A stretch of DNA of 58,616 nucleotides, filler included, from Diploschistes diacapsis (lineage: Eukaryota): NCBI GenBank assembly GCA_023645945.1. It is 5 parts of 5 records of this genome, joined end to end, with 100 filler letters (N's around TTAATTAATTAA, not from the genome) between each part and the next. Parts side by side here need not be neighbours in the genome. Positions count along the whole stretch, not along the records: positions 11,783 to 23,460 come from JALAIB010000812.1; positions 23,561 to 35,209 come from JALAIB010000813.1; 3 more parts are not named here. One strand, given 5' to 3'. The translations under genes and the position numbers were made by a program. Positions 11,783-23,566 of the stretch are shown piece after piece. Each line of letters starts with the position of its first letter. Within the stretch, counting starts at the first letter, position 1. A model generated the notes under the pieces. It was not told where the DNA came from. It saw nothing but the letters and a program-made list of their open reading frames with translations, and did not search any database.

Positions 11783-13180
11783 GATGCGAGGGGGGAAAGG
11801 GGGTGGAGGTCGAGGTGGGAGTGCAGGTGGAAGGCAGGGAATGATGGCCGCGAGGTCGAAGCTGTAAGATGGGCGGTTACGGGAGGTAGTCAAGGCGTGG
11901 AAGGAATAGGTGGGAGCCCGTGAGATGGATCACGGCTGCCAAGCGTTCCGGGAAGCCGATGGCGTTGCGTTCTTCAAGCACGTCAGTGCAAAGGATTCTT
12001 GACGTTTTCCAAGGGTTTCCGTAGGTACCACCATACGTCTTCTTAAGTAAAACACATCGCGAGTCCGATGATACACGATTATATAATCATCTTTGAGACA
12101 ATCCGCTTTCTGTATTGATTTAAGAGATGCAAACTTTGCCAGAATGCTCAAATACCCGAAGGCCTTAGACTAGACACATGCCGGAAAAAGGAGGGATGCC
12201 AAGACTTGGAATTTCCTCGTTCGGTTAGCCCAAGCTATCCCAACACGATTTCACCGCAACTTGACGGACATTTTTTTCCTGTAGACTTTCTAAACCGTCT
12301 AATGGCATGTTTTTTCGACTGTTCTTGTTGATCAAATGGCTTTTCCTCATCCCAGTTACCTTGTCCTGTCCAGATCTGAGCTCATGATACTGCTAACAAT
12401 GACGGACTTATGTAGACTCCACCATTCGAGGTAGTTTGATCTCACACACGCTTGGTGATCATTTCAGAAGCCACGTTATTTTTTACACCCTCAACTGAAA
12501 ACTACCGCTTGCTTTCGTGTTGCAGCAGATAAAGAATGGCTTGGACACTGGAACCCAATATAATGCTGGTCAAGGCACCTGAAACCATTTCGCACTCTGC
12601 ACCCAACAGGAGAAGGGATGTCTCCCGTGAGACCCTGTTGGCCTCCTCGGACTGAATGTACTAAGTACTGGGTGAGCTGCCCCATAGGCTACGATTCCGC
12701 ATCCAAGCATCGTTTCCACCGGCAGCTACGGCAAGACGCTGGTTCCGCGGGAAATCTGTTGATGTGGTATTTCAAAGACCCAGCATGGAGGACAACTGGG
12801 TATGAGACCGGCCAGGGGCTCAAAGAGCCAACGTTCGTTGCAAGATTAAAATTGCATCTGCTTGCAATTGCTGCGTCAATTCACGCTCCAGCTCTCCCTT
12901 GTATATACCTTGTAGATTGTAATTCACGAATACCTTTACATCGCTGAACTGTATCTTGTGAAGAGAAGCGCAGACACTTGTGGATTTGTTTGGAGGCAGT
13001 ACATGCTCGTACATAAAGTGGTCGTGAGGCGATAAATCATCATTCTTTGGGAACGAGTCATTCGTGTGAAGCTTCCGCCGTTATCGATATGCTACAACTG
13101 CTCATGGATTCGATAAGCTGAAGCACACCAGTGCCAGTAATTGCAAGCGCCAATTCTCCACAAGCATCCCTTCTATGCAA

Positions 13181-14019
13181 TCACGAACCACGGACGATAC
13201 CCTCGAACCTCTGCTTAAACCACTTGACGGTTTCTTGCTGGTTGATGCGGTGTCCGGCGCCGACTTTGGCCGTAGCCCTTCTCCGCCTAGCGACACGAGC
13301 GCCTGGTCGGGTCCTATCATTACAACGTCAGCACCCAACAGTCTTTATATTACCGAATAAACCTCTGATTGGAAACTCACATGCAGCAGTAGAAGTCCAT
13401 CCCGTAGATACCAATTGAAGGATCATATTTTATTCCGAGATCAATGTGTTCACTGATACCGAACTGAAAGGACGTGAGTACGAAGTGTGGTAACCAGAAA
13501 TACATCACACAGCCAGGTACATACTCCAAAGTTGCCCGTTTCGGAGAAATTTCGCCTCTTCAACTCGTATTCCTTGACCTTAAGACCGCGCTCAAGAATT
13601 TCTTCAGCCTTTGGACCTCGGACCGTTACATGCACGGCAATCTTTTCGTTACGACGGATACCGAAGGTACGGACGGTATATCTGGCTTTGCCTGCGCGGA
13701 AAACAATTGTGAGATCTCGTCCGTTCAGATCAGACATTCTTGGGGAAGCCTACTGTAGACTAAGCAAAAGTTAGCACCCATCCAAGGAGAAGGGGAGAGA
13801 ATAAGATAGCATTACCAGGTGTTTGACCGCTCAGCTGCTCCAGCACTTTGGCGGCACGGGTGAGTCTGTCGCCAGATTCGCCGACACAAATGTTCAACAC
13901 CAGCTTGTCGATGCGGAGTTCCCGCATGGGGTTGGCGCTCTTGTCCTTTCCTTCGGCCTTGTAAAATCAAGTTAGCCATATTCTTGACGATAAATAATGC
14001 AATTTGTCAGACTCACCAT
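13181..14019 (-). CDS. rpl11: 60S ribosomal protein L11 (uL5), 6 exons including a 6-nt microexon
   Basis: [90 protein letters not shown]. Confidence 0.97.
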
Positions 14020-14557
14020 TGTGATTAGTGGGATAAAGGATAAAGTGGAAGATGTCGTGAATCGTGGGTATCAGAATGCTAAGCGAAGTTTTAGTGCGGC
14101 TCTAAAGAACCAGGACGGAGAAATGTTACTCCGTGCCTTTAGTTTTCTTTCCCCTTTCCGCCATAAACCAACTCCACAACCAACACGAGCTTCAGAGCTA
14201 TAAGTGTGTGCTCCTTTGGGCCTTTGCCTCGGGCCTCGCAGGATCCTAGCTACCCGCTAACTGAAAGGTGAAATCGGCGATTGTTCCAGCATATGCCTAT
14301 TGCACTCACCCACCAGACCGAATCCATAGCTGTCAATGGCTAGCAATCAGATGAGATGGAAGTTGGCTGTTGAGTACCTCAAAGTTTGAGCTCAGTAAGG
14401 TAGGTGTTATGATCTCACTTAGTAGGCGTGTCCTTTTTATCATGTTCCTATTCTTACATATAGCATTCATGACTTGCTGCTCGATGGCAAGAATCAGTTG
14501 CTTCACGCTACTGTAGATACTTCAGTCACTTTGGTCATCCTGGAAAAGGTCGACGTG

Positions 14558-15644
14558 ATGGTTACCTCGACAATCTCTCCTCCGCATGAGGAGCCCTTAG
14601 CTCTGACTGTGGAAGCTATTGGTTTACGCAATGATAAGTCGCTGGATCTCGATGGTATTCCAGAGTGGATAAAGAAAGACCTATATATTCTCCGCGGATA
14701 TAGGCCACGGCTCCATATGTCCGTGCCTCTATGGCCTCTCTCTATATCCATAATGAGTTCATCAATACTTGGGTCTATCTATTGCCGGCTTGCTTCTTTC
14801 TCTGGATTCTTGCAACTGGCTCCTGGATCGGACCGCAGATGGGAGGCACAATAATTGCGAGAATAGACCTTCTACCAGTTCAACTATACATCGCTTGCAC
14901 TGCAGCTTGTCTGCTTCTTTCGGTAAGCCAGACCCTTTCAAAATCCATAATCATTATCCAAACAGTGACTTATCTAATTTGGGCCTCAAGTACAGGCGAC
15001 CTTTCATTGCACATGCTCCCAAACCGAACGAATCGCCTGTAGCTTTCTCAGGCTTGACTATCTTGGCATCGTTCTTAGTATATTCGGCACCTGTATCTCA
15101 TTTGTATACTTTGGGCTTTACAAGCACCAATTGCTCCGACGCTTATACAATGGGCCCGTCACAGTTGTCGGCACGGCCGTATTCCAACTGACACCCGATT
15201 CACGTATGAGTGGGACTCGAGCGGCAAAATGGAGAGTTCCCCCTCTTTGCCTCCTTTGTCGCTAGTGGTTTTATACCAGTTGCTCATCTCGCACACCTCG
15301 ACGGCGCACAGGCTGCCTCAACCGGTTTCCCGTTGCAAAGCTCAGCTTCTATGGCTCTCTTCTACGCTGTTGGTGCAGCTTTCTACATTACACGCTTTCC
15401 AGAGAAGTACTGGCTTGTGAAATTCGACTTGTTGGTGAGTGAGGAACTGCTCTAATGAGCTTTCTATCATTGTTCTCTTGACTCATACATGCAACGTCCT
15501 ATTATTTACGATCGCTGACTATTTAGACAACCCGGTAGATGGGGAGTTAGCCACCAAATCTTCCATGTACTCATTGTTTGTGGACAGCTAGTGTATCTCA
15601 GTGGTGTGAAACAGGCACTTCTAAGGCACTACAATCTGCCATAA
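14558..15644 (+). pseudogene. PAQR / hemolysin-III (Izh/AdipoR-like) pseudogene
   Basis: IPEW..YILRGYRP, HNEFINTW, RLDYLGI, YITRFPEKY and SHQIFH lie in different frames. Frameshifts near 14718 and 15240, and a phase mismatch at the last intron. Confidence 0.8.
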
Positions 15645-16891
15645 TCGAGTTGGAGCTGCGGATAGCGTAACGTAGTTGCGCCCAGACGACCCGAGGTTGA
15701 CACCTGCCTATCTAGCGAAGGATGTTAGACGGACTGCAAACAGTTCTCTCAGATCTAATAGCCAAGGCCACTCGCATGGCTGAGCGCAAATGACTTGGGA
15801 AATCAATCTCTATACTTATATTAGCCGTTGAGCTTTACAGAATTCCTTTATGGTATTCATGTAAGATGAGAGCCTAAACAACGCCTTAGAGACACCAACC
15901 GGAGAATCAAGCCTAGAAGATCTGAGGCATGTGCAAAGCATAATAAAAACCCTTAGTATATCCTTGGATCCCTTGCTTACTGTCTAGCCCTTACAGTACA
16001 AGCGAACTTCATGGATGGCTCGCAGGAGGAAAGTACGATGTTCGCTGACTCGGTTATACGTATTAAGATTTTGTGACCGAGCTGAAACCGAAAGGAGCTA
16101 TCTCAGACTGCTCTTTCTTCGTTTCAGCATGCAGCGCACCCGGATCCTATACACTATGCGGGTAAAGCATGTATACGCTTCTTCAAGTTGGACAATCGAT
16201 GTCACCATCGGATTAGGGAGCAATCGGCAGGATTCTTGTAGCCCATCCGAACCCGGTAGTGGATACTCTCGACAGTTTTCAACCTTTTAGCTTAAAGCAC
16301 TCTCTCTATCATCTCGAAAGAACACGTATCCTGCACGGCATGACGGTGGCACATTTACAGCCCTGCAATACTAGTCATCTGTCCTGATGTATGCAGAAGA
16401 AGCAGAGCCGTTGGAATGGGAGGCAAGCAAATCCTTTACGGTCCTATTCGTACCAGCAGCGATCTCCCAGGGTATGATTCATAGGATATACCTCTGGTGC
16501 AGCACAGCCTGTGATACACTTATTCATACTACCTGGGCATAGGCGACACATTGACATGCTCAAAGATGAAAACCCAATTGCCTGATTACAGCTACAGGCA
16601 GCACGAGATAAGATCGCGACTGAAGAAGCGAAACCGGAGCCGATATCTTCTTACAAGACCATGAAACCAACATGAAATTATGCAGAAGCTATTAAATACT
16701 GGGAGCCTTCTGGCTAGCCAAGGCAATTTGCTCAACAACTATCCTTTCCAGATTTGGTAGCGCCTCATCAAACCTTTCCTTTCTACTTACACACGTCACA
16801 GGATGAATTTGGACTACACAAGCCGCCCAGCGGACCTAGTAACCGGAGGTCTAAGTTATCAATATGCCCCGATTACCGTCTTTCCTCTCTA

Positions 16892-18110
16892 ATGCCAGGT
16901 CAGAAAGTCAATATTGATGTGACCGTCAAAGACCTGCGGGCCGCCATTCCTCTGCACTGTTTCAAGCCTTCATACTTTTGGCCATTCTTCTACCTTTGCC
17001 GAGATTTGGTCGTAATCTCGAGCTGCATGTATGCTGCCTACAAATATATACCCATAGTTGAGCATGGGCCAGCGCGCTACACCGCACGGGCGCTTTACGG
17101 CTACGTTCAAGGCCTTGTCAATGACGGGTCTATGGGTACGTGAAGCCAGAGAAGAATTCTTTCATTTATATACTGACCAGAGACTGGAGGTCATTGGCCA
17201 TGAATGTGGTCATGGCGCTTTTGCAACAGCCAATCTTGTTAACAACGTGTTTGGCTATGTCATCCACTCTGCTCTGCTGACGCCTTATTTCGCCTGGCGA
17301 TCTTCGTACCGAAGGCACCATATCTATGCCAATAGCCTTGCCAAGGATCACAACTACGTCCCGCCAAGGAAAGAAGAGCATGCCGCTACCCTGTTATTCC
17401 TAGCATCGACCGACAAGCTCGAAGAGCTCACGGAAGACTCCCCCCATCACTACCAGTAGAATTATCATCCAGCAACTATTGGGATGGCCATGGTACCTTT
17501 TGACAAATATCATAGAGTTGCAGGACAGTCTAAATGGGCCGCAGTCTAAGAAGCTCCTTGGGAACAGTCATTTGTTGCCTTCAAGCTCGCTCTTCAGACC
17601 GGAAGAGGTGCACCTAATTCTGGCTTCGGATATCGGCATTGGCGTGATGGCGTACGCTCTCTGGTACAACAGCCAGTACATTGGTGCCACAACGGTTATG
17701 CTGCTCTACCTCCAGCCATAACTCTGGGTAAATCGCTTGATCGTTGCCATTACTTACCTGCACCACATGCATCCTGGCCTACCCAAGTACGGGCCCGAGG
17801 CCTGGACATTCCTTCGCGGCGCTTTGGCCACGGTGGACAGGGAGTTCGGGTGGGTTGGGAAGCACATGCTGCACAACATCATTGAGTTCCATGTCATTCA
17901 CCATATATTCTCGTGAGTTGTTAGCTCTCTCATGTCTCGTACGAGCCCCTGATTCTAATGCTTGACAGGCGGATTCCTCAATACCACGCCGAAGCAACAA
18001 AAGCCATCATGCCGTTGCTGGGGAAAGACTACCACACCGACTAGAAAAGAGCCTTCTTGCCAGGTCTCTATGAATCATTCACCAAATGCCAGTAGGTAGA
18101 GCCGGACAAG
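16892..18110 (+). pseudogene. Delta-12/omega-3 type fatty acid desaturase pseudogene
   Basis: LRAAIPLHCF, His boxes HECGH, YRRHH (expected HRRHH) and HVIHH. Frameshifts at ~17120 and ~17445. In-frame stops at 17719, 18042 and 18093. Confidence 0.88.
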
Positions 18111-18175
18111 TTTCTATCATTTTTCGCTACATAATTGCAACCAAACGGTTTTCAGGAAGGTCACACTAAGAAAGG

Positions 18176-19629
18176 ATGGAGTATGCCAGCCTTGATTGGA
18201 GATGGCTTCTTCACAGACCGAATCCAGCCTTGCCCTGTATTTCAGCTGAGATGCTTCATACTTCATGGCATCTTATCTCTTATCTCTTCTCTCCAAAGAA
18301 GATCACAAGTCTCTTCGCGGAACTTGTCGCTCAATCAGCTTCAGTATACGTATTTTTCCGCTCATATCACACGACTCAGGAAAGATCATGACGCGTTCTT
18401 TGGCATCATTAGTGAGCCACAGCTGCGACAATACGTGGAACAGCTGGTGCGGTACGATGTTCCTTCTTTGTCCGAGAAAGACGAAGAGGTCAACTTATAC
18501 TACAGGGACGGCTTTGAAAACGGTAGGGATCGTTGGTCGTACAGTGATGGCAGCAGTACTGCCGACTGTGATCAGAGCTATGACCCCTTGATGGATATGC
18601 TTCCTCAACTGACTGCGAAATATCGTGCTGCTTCATGGATCGCTGACACTAGACTCGATGAGAAAGGCCCTTCACTGGATGTGGCCTTTGTTGAGCCTAC
18701 GAATGGGATATTGGAGGAGTTCGTGACGGCCCTAGAAGCGATGCCGCTCCTTCGAACCGTTGTGGTGCGGCCTCTGCCTTATGACAGATTCATATCGACA
18801 GGGATAGAGAGGACTACGAGCTTACCCTACGCTTGTTCAAGAATTGGCCATGTGAGCCTGGGCATGCGAGTGTTGCCATGCTTCAGAATGCAATAGCAGG
18901 ATCTCTGAAATTGAACATAACGTCGCTCTATTAAGCCGAGGGTCCCACGGAAGCCAGTCCTGTTACTTGCAATTGATATGACCCGGTTGCTTTCCGAAAT
19001 TCAAATTTCATTGACCTCTGCATCGCTGCTGTTGTCACGCCTCCAGAACTTCGTCGCAAACCACGCAGCCAGCCTACGGTGTATTAACGTTGGAAGGCTG
19101 CTTCGTTAATGACGCCCAAATGTATTACTTTTTCAAGATATATTATCGCATTTCCTGAGCTGAAACCAGACAAAGTCCATGTCACTAATTCTAGATCTAA
19201 TCCAAGAGGCAAGGAGCACGACGTCAACCCAGAGTGGCTTCTCGCGTGCATCAATACTCATATATATCGATCCCGAATTATATCTTACGGAGGCAAGACC
19301 CAGTACTGCCTCCGACCTTCGTCCCCCAAGAAGTAATGCTCCTTTGCGACATGTACATCCACGAGGAATCATGGGGATGGCCCGGAACACGGCGATGGGT
19401 TTTGAAGAACAGAGATGAGTTCGTCGAGGACAGCGGCGACGATGCTGAAAATCCAATTCTGGGGCTCCCCAAGACGTATTTGGAGCTTGACCGCCTCGGC
19501 AGGGGCATCGTCTTTTACAGCAGCTCCGTCAAGCTTGACGGCGCCTACGAGACAGAAGAGTGGAAGCTAGCAAAAGCAGATGACAGTACTCCCAATACTC
19601 ACACCACTGGAGTATTTGGAAGACTGTGA
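18176..19629 (+). pseudogene. Degraded hypothetical gene, N-terminus weakly F-box-like
   Basis: Protein-like fragments in shifting frames (LLSKEDHKSLRGTCR; FFGIISEPQLRQYVEQLV; EVMLLCDMYIHEE) interrupted by stops. Confidence 0.45.
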
Positions 19630-19934
19630 CCCGGCTGTTGGAGATAACGTTGAGCCATTACCGTATGTAGAGGAGTTTTTTTGGGTTCTGGTTGTGGGCA
19701 CTGGGTCTGCACGTTGAGCCGAGCGGGTGCCAGTACCCAGAAGGTACAAGGTTATGGATCGATGGTGACAATAGCAGGCCTTTGCCAACAGCGGATATTG
19801 TAGATGCAGAAGGGGATAAGTAGCAGACTTTTTTGGGATATGAAGAAGGGAGAAGGTGGCCGGCCTCTGACAGAAGAGTAGACGCCAGGGTGGATGAACA
19901 AATGTAATAACGGTTAACGGTTAAGTCAGTACCT

Positions 19935-19997
19935 GTTAACCCTAACAGGACTTAGGTACTGGCGCCGGCGAAGCGTAACGCATAAGCTATAGGGTCT
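19935..19997. repeat. Dispersed hairpin-rich repeat, copy 2 (end fragment)
   Basis: GTTAACCCTAACAGGACTTAGGTACTGGCGCCGGCGAAGCGTAACGCATAAGCTATAGGGTCT matches the reverse complement of 42152-42214. Confidence 0.7.
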
Positions 19998-20377
19998 CAG
20001 AGTCAAATTAGCCAGGATGCTCTAGAGGAAGTTCCTTGCAGTTCAAAAAAGTGAAGACTTGGTTACCTGACTATTAACTAACTTACTTGACTATATCTTC
20101 GTACCCAAAGGTGTGCCTTCGTAGGGCTGGCTGAGACTGACACAACTGTGCTGCCCCGCCAACCGCGACTTTGCATCTGCTACATTGGTCGGTGTCCCCC
20201 TCTATACTCTACTAGGTCAAGACTGCGATATCGCGCATCATACACGCCAATCTCATGACCTGCGCCAATTTCGGGCTTAGGGTTAGTCTAAGGATAAGCT
20301 TCGCTCGAAGCTATCCTCATCCATCTGGATGTTGAACTTCTGAGGTTGAACTACTCGACGTAGTGGCCCATATTACA

Positions 20378-22515
20378 ATGGCCTTCAACGGGCCATTGTC
20401 GCCAGGACGCGCTCATGATGAGTTCAAGTTGCCAATGCCGCCGCCGCTACTTCATACACGATCAGGTAACGAGTACGAGAAACCATTGACACCTACCGGC
20501 AACAGTTTCATAACGCCAACCCAGACCCCCCAAGGTAGTCCGAGCAAACATCAGCTTCCTCCAGGAGCGAAGGAGCTTCCAAACGTCTTTGAAAATGCCC
20601 TGAAGCTCGACCCTGGGACGCCAACCAGGTTGAGCAAGCTTCAACTCGGGGCAGGATCACCAAACAAGCTTGGTCGGCAACCGTTCGAAGAGGAAAGTGG
20701 TGGAAAAACCGGCACGGCGCCGAATAGTCCGCTGAAAAGGGCAGGGCAAGAGAACACCCCCCCAACCGCTCGCCCTGTGAAAGATACCGCTTCCTCGGGA
20801 ACACCAGCCTACGCAGCTCTTTCACGACAAGAACAGTACGAGTCCGCAAGAAGGCAAAGCCCCACGCGGGGGTTTACTGCTGAAGAACTTGAAAAATTAA
20901 ATCTCCCAAAGGTGAAAAGATTAGCCAACGTTACTCAGATATGTAAGTAGGCCTAGTCCAAATCATCTCTGGCTCAAATTAAATAACTGTTAGATTTCCT
21001 CGACTACTATTTCGATCTCCTCAACTACATCCATCAACGAGAAGTCCGGCGCCAGGCCTTTGATGCCGCATACCCAAAACCCAAAGAAGGTGAAGGCTCG
21101 ATAGAATATGACTCTGTGAAAGCGAAATACCTTGGTAAGGAGCGGGCGAACTTGCGGAAGAGGAGGACAAGACTCCGTCATGGCGATTTCCAAATCCTTA
21201 CTCAAGTTGGACAAGGAGGATATGGTGCCGTGTACCTTGCCTCAAAGAAGGACACCAAAGAAGTGTGCGCCTTAAAGGTCATGAGCAAGAAGCTTCTATT
21301 CAAGCTAGATGAGATCAGGCACGTCTTGACTGAAAGAGACATCTTAACCGCTGCCAAGAGTGAGTGGTTGGTGAAACTACTCTATGCCTTTCAAGATGAA
21401 CAGAGCATCTACCTTGCAATGGTTTGTAACTGTCCGACGCATCCATACCCAGTCCTAAGTTGACTCACAACTAGGAATACGTTCCCGGAGGTGATTTCCG
21501 TACCCTTCTCAACCATACCGGAGTCTTACATAACCGTCATGCACGCTTCTACATCGCGGAGATGTTTCAAGGCGTCGATTCTCTGCATCAATTAGGCTAC
21601 ATTCATCGCGATTTGAAACCGGAGAACTTTCTCGTAGACTCCACGGGCCATATCAAACTGACCGACTTTGGTCTTGCAGCCGGAATGCTATCTCCAGTGA
21701 AGATTGAATCGATGCGCATAAAGTTGGAAGAGGTGGGCGACACTAGTGTGCCTTTTGGCAGACCGATGGAACATCGATCAATGGCAGAGAGACGTGAAGG
21801 ATACCGAGCGTTGCGCCAAAACGATACAAATTACGCCAAGTCGATCGTCGGCTCGCCGGATTACATGGCGCCAGAAGTTCTCAGAGGAGAAGAGTACGAG
21901 TTCAGTGTCGATTACTGGTCCCTTGGTTGCATGCTGTTCGAGACGCTCGCTGGATATCCCCCTTTCGCCGGAGCTACTGTCGACGAAACCTGGCAGAACC
22001 TGCGTAACTGGAAGAAAGTCTTCAGAAAACCCCAGTACGACGACCCCAACTACTACCTCTCGCCACGTACTTGGGACCTCATCACTCGACTTGTCGCATC
22101 AAAGCAGGCCCGTTTCCGCGGCATGGGCGAGATCCAGTCCCACGCCTATTTCGCGGAGGTTAATTTCAGTGAGCTGAGGCTACAGCGTGCACCCTTTGTC
22201 CCCGAGCTCGACTCCGAGACCGACGCGGGCTACTTTGACGATTTCAACAACGAAGCCGATATGGCCAAGTATAAGGAGGTCCACGACAAACAAGCGGCGC
22301 TGGAGAGTATGGAAGACCGCGACGAGCAGATGAATAAGGGACTGTTCGTAGGCTTCACATTCAGGTATGCTCAACTCCTTTCCCTCTCTCTTTTGGCCAA
22401 CCGTAATTAATATCTTTATAGGCACCGCAAACCCGCAGTAGACGCAGACGGGAAGCAGTCCAGTCCTCGAAAACAGCTCAAGTCGCCAGACAGTGTCTTT
22501 TCCACAATGTTCTGA
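20378..22515 (+). CDS. dbf2: NDR-family Ser/Thr kinase Dbf2 (MEN/SIN), 4 exons
   Basis: LANVTQ..FLDYYFDLL, RANLRKRRTRL, GQGGYG, HRDLKPENFL, DFG, SIVGSPDYMAPE, hydrophobic motif FVGFTFRH. Confidence 0.95.
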
Positions 22516-23460
22516 GTAGCGAGTTCGGCATATTCTGAAATAAATCTCCAAGAGAAGACAGGCATAGCATATTCAATTCACCCACTTGTTTTTACTCCTG
22601 ACTTTGACGCGAACCACGATTGCCTGGCTCTAGTTGCCCAGCTATCTGATCCCAGCATGTGGTCTTGGCGCTTCGGGTTCTTGGGTGGACAGACGGCACG
22701 CATAGCAGCGGGATCACGGTGGTGGGTGCATTCTGGGTGGAGCGGGAGGGAGAGGACCCGGTTGTGCTTGAATAAGATCAACGGCCGGGCAGAGTGTCGT
22801 GCAGGGTGCAGGGTGCGATGAGGTGGAGTGTATTCTAGCAAGGAGACACAGTGTTCACATTCCAGGTTCCAGAAACCCCGTGTGCTTCTGCCGTGGCTGT
22901 AGTTCTGCTCTACAATATTCTATCTATTCCTTTTCGTTGTTGCTAAAGATCACGCCTCCTCCTTCCGAGACAATACACAGTAAAATGTTTGCAATAACGT
23001 TTTACCCCTAGAATTTTTGCCCCCGTTTCCTTCATCTTCCTCTCCTTCTCCCACTTACCCAAATCGCATGTGTAACTAGGCCAGCAAGTAAAGCAAAAAA
23101 CAAGCCAAACCAGTACAGATGCGAAAACAGAGATAATCTAGCCAGGGACGAGGAGCAGATCACTCAACCCCAAAAGCGCTCAAGCAAATTCGGGAGATAT
23201 CCTGCATTACTACTATCCCTGCTTCTAAGCAGCGCTCTATCCACCCAAAAGCAGAGAGCCCAATCCCCAGCCCGAGCCAAAGGGGAAATAAGTAAAACTT
23301 ACCCTACGACAACAACGACACCATCACTGAGCTCAAACTATATCGCCCGAAAAGGCATAAACATGAACGTAAACATAAAGCAATAATAACTCTTCGCCCA
23401 TCGCGAAAAATCCCCCTTGGAAGATACCGATTCCGCCGCACCAGCTCCGTGGCCTCCCCC

Positions 23461-23560
23461 NNNNNNNNNNNNNNNNNNNNNNNNNNNNNNNNNNNNNNNN
23501 NNNNTTAATTAATTAANNNNNNNNNNNNNNNNNNNNNNNNNNNNNNNNNNNNNNNNNNNN
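23461..23560. other. Artificial contig linker
   Basis: N44-TTAATTAATTAA-N44. Confidence 0.98.
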
Positions 23561-23566
23561 CCCTTC

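Noticed and set aside
12400..12950. Possible gene remnant downstream of rpl11
   Set aside because: No recognisable family or consistent exon structure.
19937..20286. TAACCCTAA (19937) and TTAGGGTTAG (20277) as telomerase template or telomere remnants
   Set aside because: No pseudoknot or enclosing helix found. The first lies in the dispersed repeat; the second is a single promoter motif.
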